Of a stretch of DNA of 64,000 bases, positions 17,491-26,480 are shown piece by piece. Position numbers and translations under genes: made by a program. The stretch's first letter is position 1. Each line of letters opens with the position of its first letter. The stretch comes from an uncultured Methanosarcinales archaeon (lineage in GTDB: Archaea > Nanobdellota > Nanobdellia > Woesearchaeales > JAGVZT01). The DNA lies in NCBI GenBank assembly GCA_964444505.1, contig CAYUHF010000006.1, positions 600 through 64,599 of the forward strand, written 5' to 3'. The notes beneath the pieces are model-generated. The model did not search any database. It was not told where the DNA came from and saw only the letters and a list, made by a program, of their open reading frames with translations.

Positions 17491-17701
17491 GATATCCCAA
17501 GGCTCTTAGTCTTTCCTTGACCAATTCTTCATCTTCTCTGCTGAATGGTTGGTTTTTCTGTTCCTGCTCAATATTGGAGATTATCTGTCTGAGAACATAG
17601 GTTACATAACTGCTAACTGAATTAAACCCTGTACCCTCAATGTGCTCTTTTATCTTGTCTGTGAGTGGAACAGGTATTGATACTGTTGTTGTTTTTGCCA
17701 T
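17483..17701 (-). CDS. ribbon-helix-helix (CopG/Arc-like) DNA-binding protein
   Basis: Start at the internal Met preceded by GAGGGGTG Shine-Dalgarno. MAKTTTVSIPVPLTDKIKEHIEGTGFNSVSSYVTYVLRQ is an RHH pattern. Stop overlaps the cysD start. Confidence 0.65.
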   Translation of the reverse strand: MAKTTTVSIPVPLTDKIKEHIEGTGFNSVSSYVTYVLRQIISNIEQEQKNQPFSREDEELVKERLRALGYLD

Positions 17702-17796
17702 TATAACACCCCTCTTAATTGACAATTATTGAGAATTATTGAGTCATTTAAAAATTTATCGGTATCTTTTTAAGCTATTATGGAATATGTTATTTA

Positions 17797-18384
17797 ATGA
17801 GAAAAATCGGAGACGGTGCTGAGGCAATCATCTACCTGGATGGCAATACTGTTGTTAAGGAGAGAATCAAGAAAAACTACAGGATTTCTGAGATAGATAA
17901 CAAGCTTAGAAAATACAGGACTAGAAGAGAAGCAGGTATTCTTGAGAAGCTTAGTGGCTTTACTCCAAAGTATATCGAACATGATGACAAAGAGATGACT
18001 ATCAGAATGGAGTATATTGAGGGAAAGAGAGTAAGAGATGTTATTAACGAGGATAACTTCATGGAGCTATGCACAGAGATTGGCAAAAGGATTGCTGAAC
18101 TTCACAACAAAGATATTATTCATGCTGATCTTACTACTTCCAATATGATTCTTAATGAACAGATTTATTTTATTGATTTTGGATTGAGTTTTCATAGTAC
18201 CAAGATTGAGGATAAGGCTGTTGATCTTCATTTATTAAGGCAGGCTCTTCTGTCAAAACACCATGAGATTTTTCAAAAAGCGTATGATGCTGTTATTTCT
18301 GCCTACAAAAAAGAATGCTACAACCCTGATGAAGTCCTGCAGAGACTGGAGCGAGTTGAAAAACGGGGCAGAAACAAGTCATGA
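17797..18384 (+). CDS. bud32: Bud32/PRPK atypical kinase (KEOPS subunit), stand-alone
   Basis: GAEAIIYL, IIHADLTTSNMIL, IYFIDFGLS, DKAVDLHLL...RLERVEKRGR; 195 aa. Confidence 0.8.
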   Translation: MRKIGDGAEAIIYLDGNTVVKERIKKNYRISEIDNKLRKYRTRREAGILEKLSGFTPKYIEHDDKEMTIRMEYIEGKRVRDVINEDNFMELCTEIGKRIAELHNKDIIHADLTTSNMILNEQIYFIDFGLSFHSTKIEDKAVDLHLLRQALLSKHHEIFQKAYDAVISAYKKECYNPDEVLQRLERVEKRGRNKS

Positions 18385-19092
18385 TCTGATTTTGACAAGT
18401 GTTTCTTCTAAATCTGTGTTTAATCCGTTCCTAGAAAAGAAATCACAAACAATTTTCATATCTCTTTCAAGGTACTCTTCAGCTGTTGGGTTCTCCAGAG
18501 GTGTTGCTTGAGAAAAGTCAATAAGAACAGGGCGCTCGTTGAAATTTAAGATATTGAAGTGTGACAGGTCACCGTGCACATAACCTGATTTGTAAAACTT
18601 TCTCACATTTTCAACTATTTGGTTAAAGAACTTTTCCTTGTTTTTAGGCATCTTATCTTTGAGCTTTGGTGCTGGATTGTTTCTTCCTATCATTTCCATT
18701 ACCATTACATGGTTCTCAATAGCGTATGGAGTTGGTGCATCAACTTCAGCTTCTCTTGCATTCAAAAGATTCCTGTATTCTCTCTGTCCCCAAGCGAATA
18801 CAACTTTTCTTCTCTGTTTTTTTATATCATAGAATCTTGGGTCAAACTTGATGTAATCATACATCCTGTTGAAGTCTGCTGACTGAAGTCTGTAAATTTT
18901 TACAACAACATTGCCCATGTCTCCTACTGCAGCAAAAAGATTTGCTTCTTTACCTATACTTATTGGAACCATAGAATGCTCATAGAATTGTCCTAGCGAC
19001 TCTAGTTTGAATACTGTTCTTAGAGTGAACCTGTCAAATACATTTTTGTATACTTTGAACTTATCTTTGCCCATAATATTATGATAATGCAA
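18379..19092 (-). CDS. RIO-type serine/threonine protein kinase (Rio1-like, no N-terminal wHTH)
   Basis: ISIGKEANLF, VVVKIYR, REYRNL, YVHGDLSHFNIL, VLIDFSQA. Confidence 0.8.
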   Translation of the reverse strand: MHYHNIMGKDKFKVYKNVFDRFTLRTVFKLESLGQFYEHSMVPISIGKEANLFAAVGDMGNVVVKIYRLQSADFNRMYDYIKFDPRFYDIKKQRRKVVFAWGQREYRNLLNAREAEVDAPTPYAIENHVMVMEMIGRNNPAPKLKDKMPKNKEKFFNQIVENVRKFYKSGYVHGDLSHFNILNFNERPVLIDFSQATPLENPTAEEYLERDMKIVCDFFSRNGLNTDLEETLVKIRS

Positions 19093-19096
19093 GGCT

Positions 19097-19549
19097 TTAT
19101 ATTATTTGTGAAAGAAATACTTCTCTTTTGAGTTCTTCTGTTACAAGAAAATACCTCTTATTCCGTATGTCGAATTTTAACTCAAGTTCTTCTATGAATT
19201 CTTCAACTTCATTTATTTCTTTAAAGATTGCCTCTATCATGAAATCAAAACCATTTGTTATCTTGCATAATGAGTTAATGTTGCTGTGATTCTCAAGGTA
19301 TTTGCGCATATCTTCTCTTTTTGAAAAGTCAGCTTCTACAAGTATTTTTGCAGTGATCTTATACCCAAGTCTGTTAAAATCAATAAGACAAGTGTGCCTT
19401 TTTATCAGTTCTCCTTCTTGTTTTTTTATTCTTTCATAGATTGTAGTTATGGGGAGTTTTGTTTTCTTGCTTATACTTGTTAGTGTTCGCCTCCCGTCTT
19501 CTCTTAGGTTTTTTAATATTTCAAGGTCTTTTTTTTTGATTTTCATCAT
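19097..19549 (-). CDS. Lrp/AsnC-family transcriptional regulator
   Basis: HTH (DLEILKNLREDGRRTLTSISKKTKLPITTIYERIKK) plus a RAM-like C-terminal domain. Tandem paralog of the next gene. Confidence 0.8.
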   Translation of the reverse strand: MMKIKKKDLEILKNLREDGRRTLTSISKKTKLPITTIYERIKKQEGELIKRHTCLIDFNRLGYKITAKILVEADFSKREDMRKYLENHSNINSLCKITNGFDFMIEAIFKEINEVEEFIEELELKFDIRNKRYFLVTEELKREVFLSQII

Positions 19550-19624
19550 AAGCAACTTGGATAGAAGAAAATGGAAATATAAAATATATTAGTAGCCTCA
19601 TATACTACCAAGAAGACATGATTT

Positions 19625-20080
19625 CTAGTTTTCCATGTTGGTTAGAAATCCCTCTCTTTTCAAATCTTCCAAAACAAGAAAGTACTTCTTGTTTTTTATA
19701 TTGTATTTTGACTCGATCTTTTCAATAAAAGAGTCTACGTCACTCACTTCCCGAAATATTCCCTCGATAAGGAAGTCATAGCCGTTGCTTATTTTATGAA
19801 CTGAGTTTATCTGGGAATGTTTTACCAAAAATTCTGCTAGTTCATTCTTGCTTTCAATGTCTGTCTCAAGAAGTATCTTGGCCATTATCTCATATCCAAG
19901 TAGAGAAAAGTCAATAAGGCAGGTGTGTTTTCTAATGAGTCCTCCTTCGTGTCCCTTCATCCTTTCATATATTGTTGTGACAGGTATTTTTGTCTGGCGA
20001 CTGATTTTTGTTAGAGATTTTCGGCCATCCTCCCTTAAATGCTTTAAAATTTTCACATCCTTTTGTTTTATCTTGTCCAT
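19625..20080 (-). CDS. Lrp/AsnC-family transcriptional regulator
   Basis: DVKILKHLREDGRKSLTKISRQTKIPVTTIYERMK; same architecture as 19097-19549. Confidence 0.8.
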   Translation of the reverse strand: MDKIKQKDVKILKHLREDGRKSLTKISRQTKIPVTTIYERMKGHEGGLIRKHTCLIDFSLLGYEIMAKILLETDIESKNELAEFLVKHSQINSVHKISNGYDFLIEGIFREVSDVDSFIEKIESKYNIKNKKYFLVLEDLKREGFLTNMEN

Positions 20081-20147
20081 TTTTCATCCTCCCACAGGTT
20101 TAGTTTCTGATTAAAGTTTTTTTGTTATATATGTTCTTTATGGGTTG

Positions 20148-20198
20148 TTTCTGAATGTTTCAGATATTTTCTGAAACAACATATATTTTCTGAAACAT
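20148..20198. promoter_or_regulatory. cluster of TTCTGAA repeats (candidate Lrp operator) in the divergent promoter
   Basis: Perfect 15-bp direct repeat atattttctgaaaca at 20164-20178 and 20183-20197. Inverted pair tttctgaa (20148-20155) / tttcaga (20158-20164). An extra gtttctga at 20103-20110. Confidence 0.45.
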
Positions 20199-20227
20199 TT
20201 AAATATGAGAATCCCATTTTAAGAGAT

Positions 20228-21799
20228 ATGAATGAAATCGAGTACAAAATACTTAATCTTTTCAAAGAATTTCCAAATGAGGAAATGTCAACTTTTAAGG
20301 TTGTTGAACATACTTTTCCGATAAAATCAGAAAAAATTAAACAAAGAGTTGACGGAACTGATTCTGCAGAGAAAAAATCAGCCAAGAAACTTAAAGCAAA
20401 ACTGCACAAGAGGGTTCTCTATTATCTAAACAAACTTGTTGATGAAGATATTCTTGAACTACGAAGAGAGGGTCATCGAGGCGAGAAGTTTTTTGGCCTT
20501 GCTCTTGATAATGGTGAAAGATTCATTATTGATAAGTACAAGAAAAGAGTTGTCATTGAAAAACCTGTTGTTCCTGCTGTTCCAGTTGAAGGATATGAAC
20601 AGAAAGGTTTTATTCACAGGTTCAGTCATGACAACTGGGTCGACAGGTTGAATGCAATGGTGGTTGAATCTTCTATGCTCACATCAGTTGAGAATTTTCA
20701 TAAACTAATTATTGACAGCTTCAGCTATGTTAATGATGTTATAGGACTAAATGATTTTGAGATATTTATTCAAAATAATTCAACAGAAAATGTTAGAGAA
20801 TTTCTTTTAGAGCTTGATGAACAATGTTCTGATTATGGAAAGTCCATAACTTGCATTATTGATGCAACTAATCTTGGCAAGGCACAGGAAAAGATAGTTG
20901 ATATTCTTGATAATTACTCAAATATTTCTTTTGTATTTGATGTGAGAGCAAAGGAATTTAGGAAAAACGAGGACTTCTTCAAAAAAGTAATTGACATAAT
21001 TTCTTCTGAAAAAGGAATGCTCTACATTAAAAACCAGGACCTGCATGAAGCACCTTATATTATTGGGAGCGCTGGCCCATATACATTTGAGCCAAGTGAA
21101 TGGGTAAGATACAGGAAAGAACATGATGATTCACTGTGTATTGCTTGTTCTCAATGTTCTGTTACTGTTGACTTCTCTAAGTTTTGGGACCAGTATGGCA
21201 TTGCAAATGAGTTTAGGACAATGCTTATGGCAACTGTAAGGGCTCTTCTCACTGCAAACAGCCTCCAGAGAAGAAAGAGTGGAGAGCTTTTCAGGGAGCT
21301 TACTTACAAGGTTCCCCATTTTATGAATTACAGCAGAAGTTATATAAGATTTTGGAACTATGGCTGGAAAGAGCCTGGAGTAGATCATGAAAGCATGCAT
21401 GATTTGCTCAAAAACCTTCGTGATGAAGTTAACAATTTCTGTTCTTCGCAAGAGACAATTTACTTAAGCTGCGGTATGCCTACAAGATTCAAAGTTTCTT
21501 TTTCATGCCCTTTCAGGGAACATGAGAGTGATTTGAGTAAAGCAAAATTCACACGTCTCAGAATAAGCAGCCACAAAGAACTCCACTCATCTGAGATAAG
21601 AAATATTATGCTATACAAGGAGAAATTGTTTGAACTCTTTGCAGGTGGGGACAGGTTGAGATTCATGAGAGTTGGAATTGTTCACCCAGAGGAAGTTATA
21701 AGAGAGTTGAATACTATACTCACTGGATACAAGCTTCCATTTTTTTGCTATGATTTCAAGGAAAGAAACAAGGAGATAAAACTAACTGAGTTTATATGA
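20228..21799 (+). CDS. hypothetical 523-aa protein with N-terminal winged-helix-like domain
   Basis: N-terminus EYKILNLFKEFPNEEMSTFKVVEHTF...VLYYLNKLVDEDILELRREG looks wHTH-like; the rest has no recognisable motif. Stop overlaps the next start (ATGA). Confidence 0.5.
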   Translation: MNEIEYKILNLFKEFPNEEMSTFKVVEHTFPIKSEKIKQRVDGTDSAEKKSAKKLKAKLHKRVLYYLNKLVDEDILELRREGHRGEKFFGLALDNGERFIIDKYKKRVVIEKPVVPAVPVEGYEQKGFIHRFSHDNWVDRLNAMVVESSMLTSVENFHKLIIDSFSYVNDVIGLNDFEIFIQNNSTENVREFLLELDEQCSDYGKSITCIIDATNLGKAQEKIVDILDNYSNISFVFDVRAKEFRKNEDFFKKVIDIISSEKGMLYIKNQDLHEAPYIIGSAGPYTFEPSEWVRYRKEHDDSLCIACSQCSVTVDFSKFWDQYGIANEFRTMLMATVRALLTANSLQRRKSGELFRELTYKVPHFMNYSRSYIRFWNYGWKEPGVDHESMHDLLKNLRDEVNNFCSSQETIYLSCGMPTRFKVSFSCPFREHESDLSKAKFTRLRISSHKELHSSEIRNIMLYKEKLFELFAGGDRLRFMRVGIVHPEEVIRELNTILTGYKLPFFCYDFKERNKEIKLTEFI

Positions 21800-22440
21800 T
21801 AAAACAAACTTCTGCTTTTGAAGCGTGGAAAGAGTCACTAAGAGTTGTATATGAAGAGGGAAAGGATTTTGAAGATGAGAGAGGTAAAATCTGCAGAGAA
21901 GTGTTGAATCTTTTTACTGAGATAGAAAACCCTGAAAAAGATATCAAGAAACCTATAACAACTCTAAATAGTTTTCAAAAGTGGATTTATCCGCCTCTTG
22001 AAGAACTCCACAATATTGTTCTAAGAAGTGAGCCGTCCCCTGGACACTTATACCTTTACGGACCAAGAATATTTGATTACAAAGGTCTTGACCAGATAAA
22101 TGATTTTCTGATACCTCTCCTGAAAAAGAACAAGAACAGCAGAAGGGGTATAGTGATGCTGTGGGATCCCACAAGAGATTCTAATATCCATAACAAGATG
22201 GTTCCGGGCTGGATTACAATTGACTTTAAGCTCAGAAACAACAAGCTCAATATAATGTCTTATATTAGAAGCAATGATCTTTGGTTTGGCTGGCCTGCTT
22301 CACTTTATCAGAGTTTTGTTTTACAGGAATATGTGGCAGACAAGGTGAACGCAAAGATTGGCAGATTATGTACTTTTTCCGGGTCAGCCCATATTTTCAG
22401 GTATCAGTTCAAGTACATTAAGAAAATTATCAAGATTTAA
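21796..22440 (+). CDS. thymidylate-synthase-like (ThyA superfamily) protein lacking the catalytic Cys
   Basis: Collinear with E. coli ThyA: [11 protein letters not shown] ~ [34 protein letters not shown] ~ [27 protein letters not shown] ~ GDTHLY. However VPGW replaces APCH. Confidence 0.7.
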   Translation: [214 protein letters not shown]

Positions 22441-23209
22441 ATCCTTTTTCTGCACTTATTATTGTGCCGACAACAAAATAGAATCCAGATATAACAAGAG
22501 GAAGATAATACATCTGTATTCTCAATGTAATGTTTACAATATTTAATATTATTGCAGGTGTCAATGCAAAGATTGCTGTCTTGAACACTCTGGCCATTTG
22601 AAGCCGTTTATTTAGTATTCTTAACAACAGTATTCCTACACCTGTGAAGATTACTGCAATTATTATATACCTAATTATTGTTATTAAAAGAAAACCAAAC
22701 AGAATAACTGGCAGAAGCAATAGCATACTCTTAACAAAAAATTCAGAGAGTTCATCTGTGTGTTGTGATAAGTCTCTGTATTCCTGCCAAACTAGTGTTT
22801 TTGGCTTTTTTAATCCCAGTCTGCACAATGGACTGATACAATACTGTACAGATTTATCATTGATGAAGACTTTTTCATTTGATATATTGCCCTTATCTTC
22901 TATAGCAAGGTTAATTGAGTCAAAGTAAATTCTGCTTTTTGTGCTCATATTTGCATCAAAGCTCAATTCTGAGAATTTGTCAAGTTCTTCATGAACATTG
23001 TTTTTAATGTTTATTACCATGGGTAGTGAGAATAAAAGCATGATGATTGATGCAAGTAGTATAATGTTAATGAGATAAGTTATTGTTGTTTTTGTTGTTT
23101 TCTTGCATAAATCTGGGTATGCATTCGGGTTAAAGACATTTACAAGAGTCATTAGAAATTCTACTGGTATTTTCTTGTTTACCCCTTTTTTTACTTTTTC
23201 AACTTCCAT
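22430..23209 (-). CDS. multi-pass membrane protein (DUF1189-like)
   Basis: Hydrophobic helices at both ends with a soluble loop between; no enzymatic motif. Confidence 0.5.
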   Translation of the reverse strand: MEVEKVKKGVNKKIPVEFLMTLVNVFNPNAYPDLCKKTTKTTITYLINIILLASIIMLLFSLPMVINIKNNVHEELDKFSELSFDANMSTKSRIYFDSINLAIEDKGNISNEKVFINDKSVQYCISPLCRLGLKKPKTLVWQEYRDLSQHTDELSEFFVKSMLLLLPVILFGFLLITIIRYIIIAVIFTGVGILLLRILNKRLQMARVFKTAIFALTPAIILNIVNITLRIQMYYLPLVISGFYFVVGTIISAEKGFKS

Positions 23210-23405
23210 TGTCTTGAGGTGATTTTTGCTATTTATAAATTTTGCTTTAGATTTGACTTTGCAGTTTACATTTTAATGATTTGAGGGTAGCTTGCTCTGT
23301 CCTCGCCAATTGTTTAGATCAAGCTTAGCAGCACATTAAGGTCCATCTGAAGAACAGATAGAATCATAAAATATATATACTAGTATTATTAAAATTATAT
23401 ATAAC

Positions 23406-23546
23406 ATGGTCAAATTACAATTTCCCAACCGAAAACAGTACATGCTGACACTCCCAAAAAAGCTAGTTGAAGCTATTGGCTGGGAAATGGGTGACGAAAT
23501 AAGAGTCAGAATTAATGATAATGGAAATATAGTGCTATTGAGGTGA
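23406..23546 (+). CDS. 46-aa AbrB/MazE/SpoVT-type DNA-binding protein
   Basis: Below the track cutoff. MVKLQFPNRKQYMLTLPKKLVEAIGWEMGDEIRVRINDNGNIVLLR is a swapped-hairpin beta-barrel signature. Antisense to the implausible track ORF 23336-23665. Confidence 0.55.
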   Translation: MVKLQFPNRKQYMLTLPKKLVEAIGWEMGDEIRVRINDNGNIVLLR

Positions 23547-23636
23547 TCAGATGAATAGAACCCTAATTGAATATGATGACCTGAAACCTGTGATTTCAAG
23601 TTATCTGAGGGATGTAAGATCGAAAGTAAAATACAA

Positions 23637-24416
23637 TTGAAAAAAAGAGAACCGGATTCACACAAGGGTGAGAATGGCCGAGTGCTTATTGTTGGAGGCT
23701 GTGAAGAATATGTTGGGGCTGTGACATTGGCGGGTCTTGCTGCTTTTACCTGCGGTGCAGATATTGTGTCTATTGCTGCTCCCGAAAAGGTAGCTTGGGC
23801 AGTTAACTGTCATAATCCAAATTTTATAACGTATAAGATGACTGGAAGGTTTCTTAGAGCATCGCACTTTGAGAGGATAAAAGAATTGTGTAATAGGCAC
23901 GATGTTTTACTTATAGGAAATGGTGTTGGATTAAGGGATGAAACAAAATCTTTGATGAAAAAGTGTTTTGAGATTAATATATCTAAAGTTGTTGATGCTG
24001 ATGCAATCAAGGTGGCTGACATTCATGAATTGGATGGTTCTATTATTACTCCACACCAAAAAGAATATGAGATTCTGCTTGAAAACTCTGGTGTAAGTGC
24101 TCGTGATGTTCAGACCATTCTTAATAGTAATGTTATTCTGCTGAAAGGTAGGGTTGATAAGATTATTTCGAAGGAGAGAATTTGTGAGAATGAAACAGGA
24201 AACCCAGGCATGACTGTTGGAGGTACAGGTGATGTACTTGCCGGATTATGTGCAGGGTTTGTTTCTCTGGGTTATTCATTGTTTGAGTCTGCACGTATTG
24301 CTGCTTATCTGAATGGACTTGCGGGTGATTTTATATATGAAAAAAAAGGGAATGCTCTTACTGCTCTTGATTTGGTTGATATTCTTCCAAATATTATTAA
24401 GGAGCAAAGCTTTTAA
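23637..24416 (+). CDS. ADP/ATP-dependent NAD(P)H-hydrate dehydratase (YjeF C-terminal/carbohydrate-kinase domain)
   Basis: KREPDSHKGENGRVLIVGG, ITPHQKE, GNPGMTVGGTGDVLAGL. TTG start (no in-frame ATG after the upstream stop). Confidence 0.8.
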   Translation: MKKREPDSHKGENGRVLIVGGCEEYVGAVTLAGLAAFTCGADIVSIAAPEKVAWAVNCHNPNFITYKMTGRFLRASHFERIKELCNRHDVLLIGNGVGLRDETKSLMKKCFEINISKVVDADAIKVADIHELDGSIITPHQKEYEILLENSGVSARDVQTILNSNVILLKGRVDKIISKERICENETGNPGMTVGGTGDVLAGLCAGFVSLGYSLFESARIAAYLNGLAGDFIYEKKGNALTALDLVDILPNIIKEQSF

Positions 24417-24441
24417 ATATTAAGAATACAGTATTTTAAAC

Positions 24442-25971
24442 ATGAGATTTTTTACTGCAAAAGAAAAAGAGGAAGAGGAACCAAAGACAGCTCTAGGAAA
24501 ATTTCTAAAAAAGCATAATCTTGATGTTGAAAAGGATGAAGTCCAGCTTGATGTGATAAAGGAAACAGATTATCCTATGCCACTAAAAAAGTACAGGATG
24601 ATTCTTGAGCAGCATGAGGAAAGCCTGGAAGGCATGTATTATTGGATGATTACAAATTATGAGCAGGACTGGGGTTATCATGATATTTTAAAGGTTGTTG
24701 ACTCTTTTGCTGCTTCTGAGCAGTCCAGTTTTTTTGGTGTTGCCCAGCAGAGACTTGGGCTTCAGCAGGATAAGGTAATGCAGTTTTTGCAGGCAACCGG
24801 AAAAATGGTCAAGGAACTTTTCCAGTTTGTAAGAGAGCTTAGAATTATTGATGAGAGACTGGAACTTTATGGTGATACTTATCTTGAGGATTCAAAAAAG
24901 ACTGAGTCTGCTGACATCTCTTTGAAAGGTATATGGATAGATCTTGTTGAGGGAGGTTCAAAGAATCCTTCGTCTGTCTATGGACTTGCAAGAGAGGTTG
25001 GTTTTACTATTCTCCCTGACTTGTTTTTTTCAATTAGTCCAAAACCCAAGAAGTATCTTAAAAAAGATGTTAAGAAATTAACCAGAACAGAGGCAAAAGA
25101 ACTTGTAGATGGCCAGATTGATAGTGTTGACAAGGTGGTTGATGACCTCAAGGGAGATATGAACAGAAAGGTAAGGGAAGTTCTTAAAAGAAAGTTAAGG
25201 ACTCATCTTCAATGGAAAAAAGAGACTTTTGCTGAGCTTATTACCAGAAGGAGATTTACTCTTCAGTACTTTAGGCAGCATTATGATATTATCAGGATGT
25301 ACATGCAGTGGATTAAGCCATACCTTAGGAATATTAAGAGACTGGGTCTTGATCCAGACAAGATGAATTCTGCAAGACTTGTTAGTGCTTTTGAAGGTTC
25401 TATTGTTGAGGTTGAATTTCTTGCAAAAAGAAAAACAGAGGCATATAAAGATACTAATGCTGTTGGAGTTGTGAATTTTCAGTATAGGACAAGGCCTGCA
25501 ATGTCTTTTCAGCAGGAGGGCTACCAGAGAGGCCCAAAACATGCTGGTAAGGCAAAGATAACTATAAGAGCATATGCGTGGTCTGATGATATGATAGAGG
25601 ATTATATTAAAATGCGCCAGAAAGAAGATCTTGATCTTATTGCTTCAATAGATTCTTCGCTTAAGGCAGCAATGGATGCACTTGGGGATGAGATGAAAGA
25701 GTATCTTGTTGAGGCTGGTGAGAAGCTTTTTGAAGAGGATATTCAAAAAGAGAAAGAAGATGAGCCCAAGAAACCTTCTGTTATTGAGCCCTTTGGTGCA
25801 TTATTTGATGGTTTTGGAGAGATATTTGGTGCTTTTACAGGAGGGTTTAATTTTAGTTCAAATAAGGAAAATAAGTTCAGTCCCCATGGTGGTGCAAAAA
25901 AAGATGCTGAAAACGCTGCCTGGAGGGCTTTCAAGAATTATAGAAAAGCCCACAAGATGATTACCTACTAA
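24442..25971 (+). CDS. hypothetical 509-aa mostly helical protein, Gly/Phe-rich and basic amphipathic C-terminus
   Basis: Long ORF with protein-like composition and no recognised domain. C-terminus ...FGALFDGFGEIFGAFTGGFNF...AWRAFKNYRKAHKMITY. Confidence 0.6.
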   Translation: MRFFTAKEKEEEEPKTALGKFLKKHNLDVEKDEVQLDVIKETDYPMPLKKYRMILEQHEESLEGMYYWMITNYEQDWGYHDILKVVDSFAASEQSSFFGVAQQRLGLQQDKVMQFLQATGKMVKELFQFVRELRIIDERLELYGDTYLEDSKKTESADISLKGIWIDLVEGGSKNPSSVYGLAREVGFTILPDLFFSISPKPKKYLKKDVKKLTRTEAKELVDGQIDSVDKVVDDLKGDMNRKVREVLKRKLRTHLQWKKETFAELITRRRFTLQYFRQHYDIIRMYMQWIKPYLRNIKRLGLDPDKMNSARLVSAFEGSIVEVEFLAKRKTEAYKDTNAVGVVNFQYRTRPAMSFQQEGYQRGPKHAGKAKITIRAYAWSDDMIEDYIKMRQKEDLDLIASIDSSLKAAMDALGDEMKEYLVEAGEKLFEEDIQKEKEDEPKKPSVIEPFGALFDGFGEIFGAFTGGFNFSSNKENKFSPHGGAKKDAENAAWRAFKNYRKAHKMITY

Positions 25972-25972
25972 A

Positions 25973-26479
25973 ATGTCTGATATGGATGATATTAAAAAAC
26001 TGGATCCTTATGACAGGGTTGACAGGCTAAAAAAGTTAAAAAAGGAAAGAGAAAAAGAGATGGAAGAGGCTTCAAAACTTATTGATGATGCTGTTAAGGA
26101 GATTGAGTCCCTTGAAGAGCTAAAGGAAATCCCTATTCCTCAGATAAAGGCTGTTGATATTGAATCTTTGTTTACTCCTGAAGAAAAGGAGGTTTTCAAG
26201 GCCAAGAGGTTTGCTGAGGAACAGAATCTGGAAGAGATGATTCCTCAGGATTATAATCCTGATTACGATAGCCTTTCTCCTGAGGAGCAGGCAGAGATAC
26301 TTACTGGAGCTTATAATACAATACAGGAGTTATCAGAGGCTGAATATTTGTCTTCTTCTGAACAGGAAAGACTTGAATCCTACAGGACTTTGTCAGATGA
26401 GCTTTATGACTCGGGCTGGGAGCCAGAAGAAGATGAAAAGAAGATGCTGCAGGCTGAGAGATTAATGTTTGGTGGTTAG
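25973..26479 (+). CDS. hypothetical 168-aa highly acidic coiled-coil protein
   Basis: Starts 1 nt after the upstream stop; about 35% D/E; no motif. Confidence 0.55.
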   Translation: MSDMDDIKKLDPYDRVDRLKKLKKEREKEMEEASKLIDDAVKEIESLEELKEIPIPQIKAVDIESLFTPEEKEVFKAKRFAEEQNLEEMIPQDYNPDYDSLSPEEQAEILTGAYNTIQELSEAEYLSSSEQERLESYRTLSDELYDSGWEPEEDEKKMLQAERLMFGG

Positions 26480-26480
26480 T

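Noticed and set aside
17483-17520. Shared ..LR[AS]LGY[LM] C-termini of the RHH protein and CysD as evidence of a duplication
   Set aside because: The shared stretch is too short (7-8 residues) and shows no nucleotide-level similarity. It is noted only as a curiosity within the operon finding.
23336-23665. 109-aa minus-strand track ORF
   Set aside because: It has low-complexity, Cys/Ser/Leu-rich composition. It is antisense to a well-formed AbrB-type ORF (23406-23546) and overlaps the start of the NAD(P)HX dehydratase gene.
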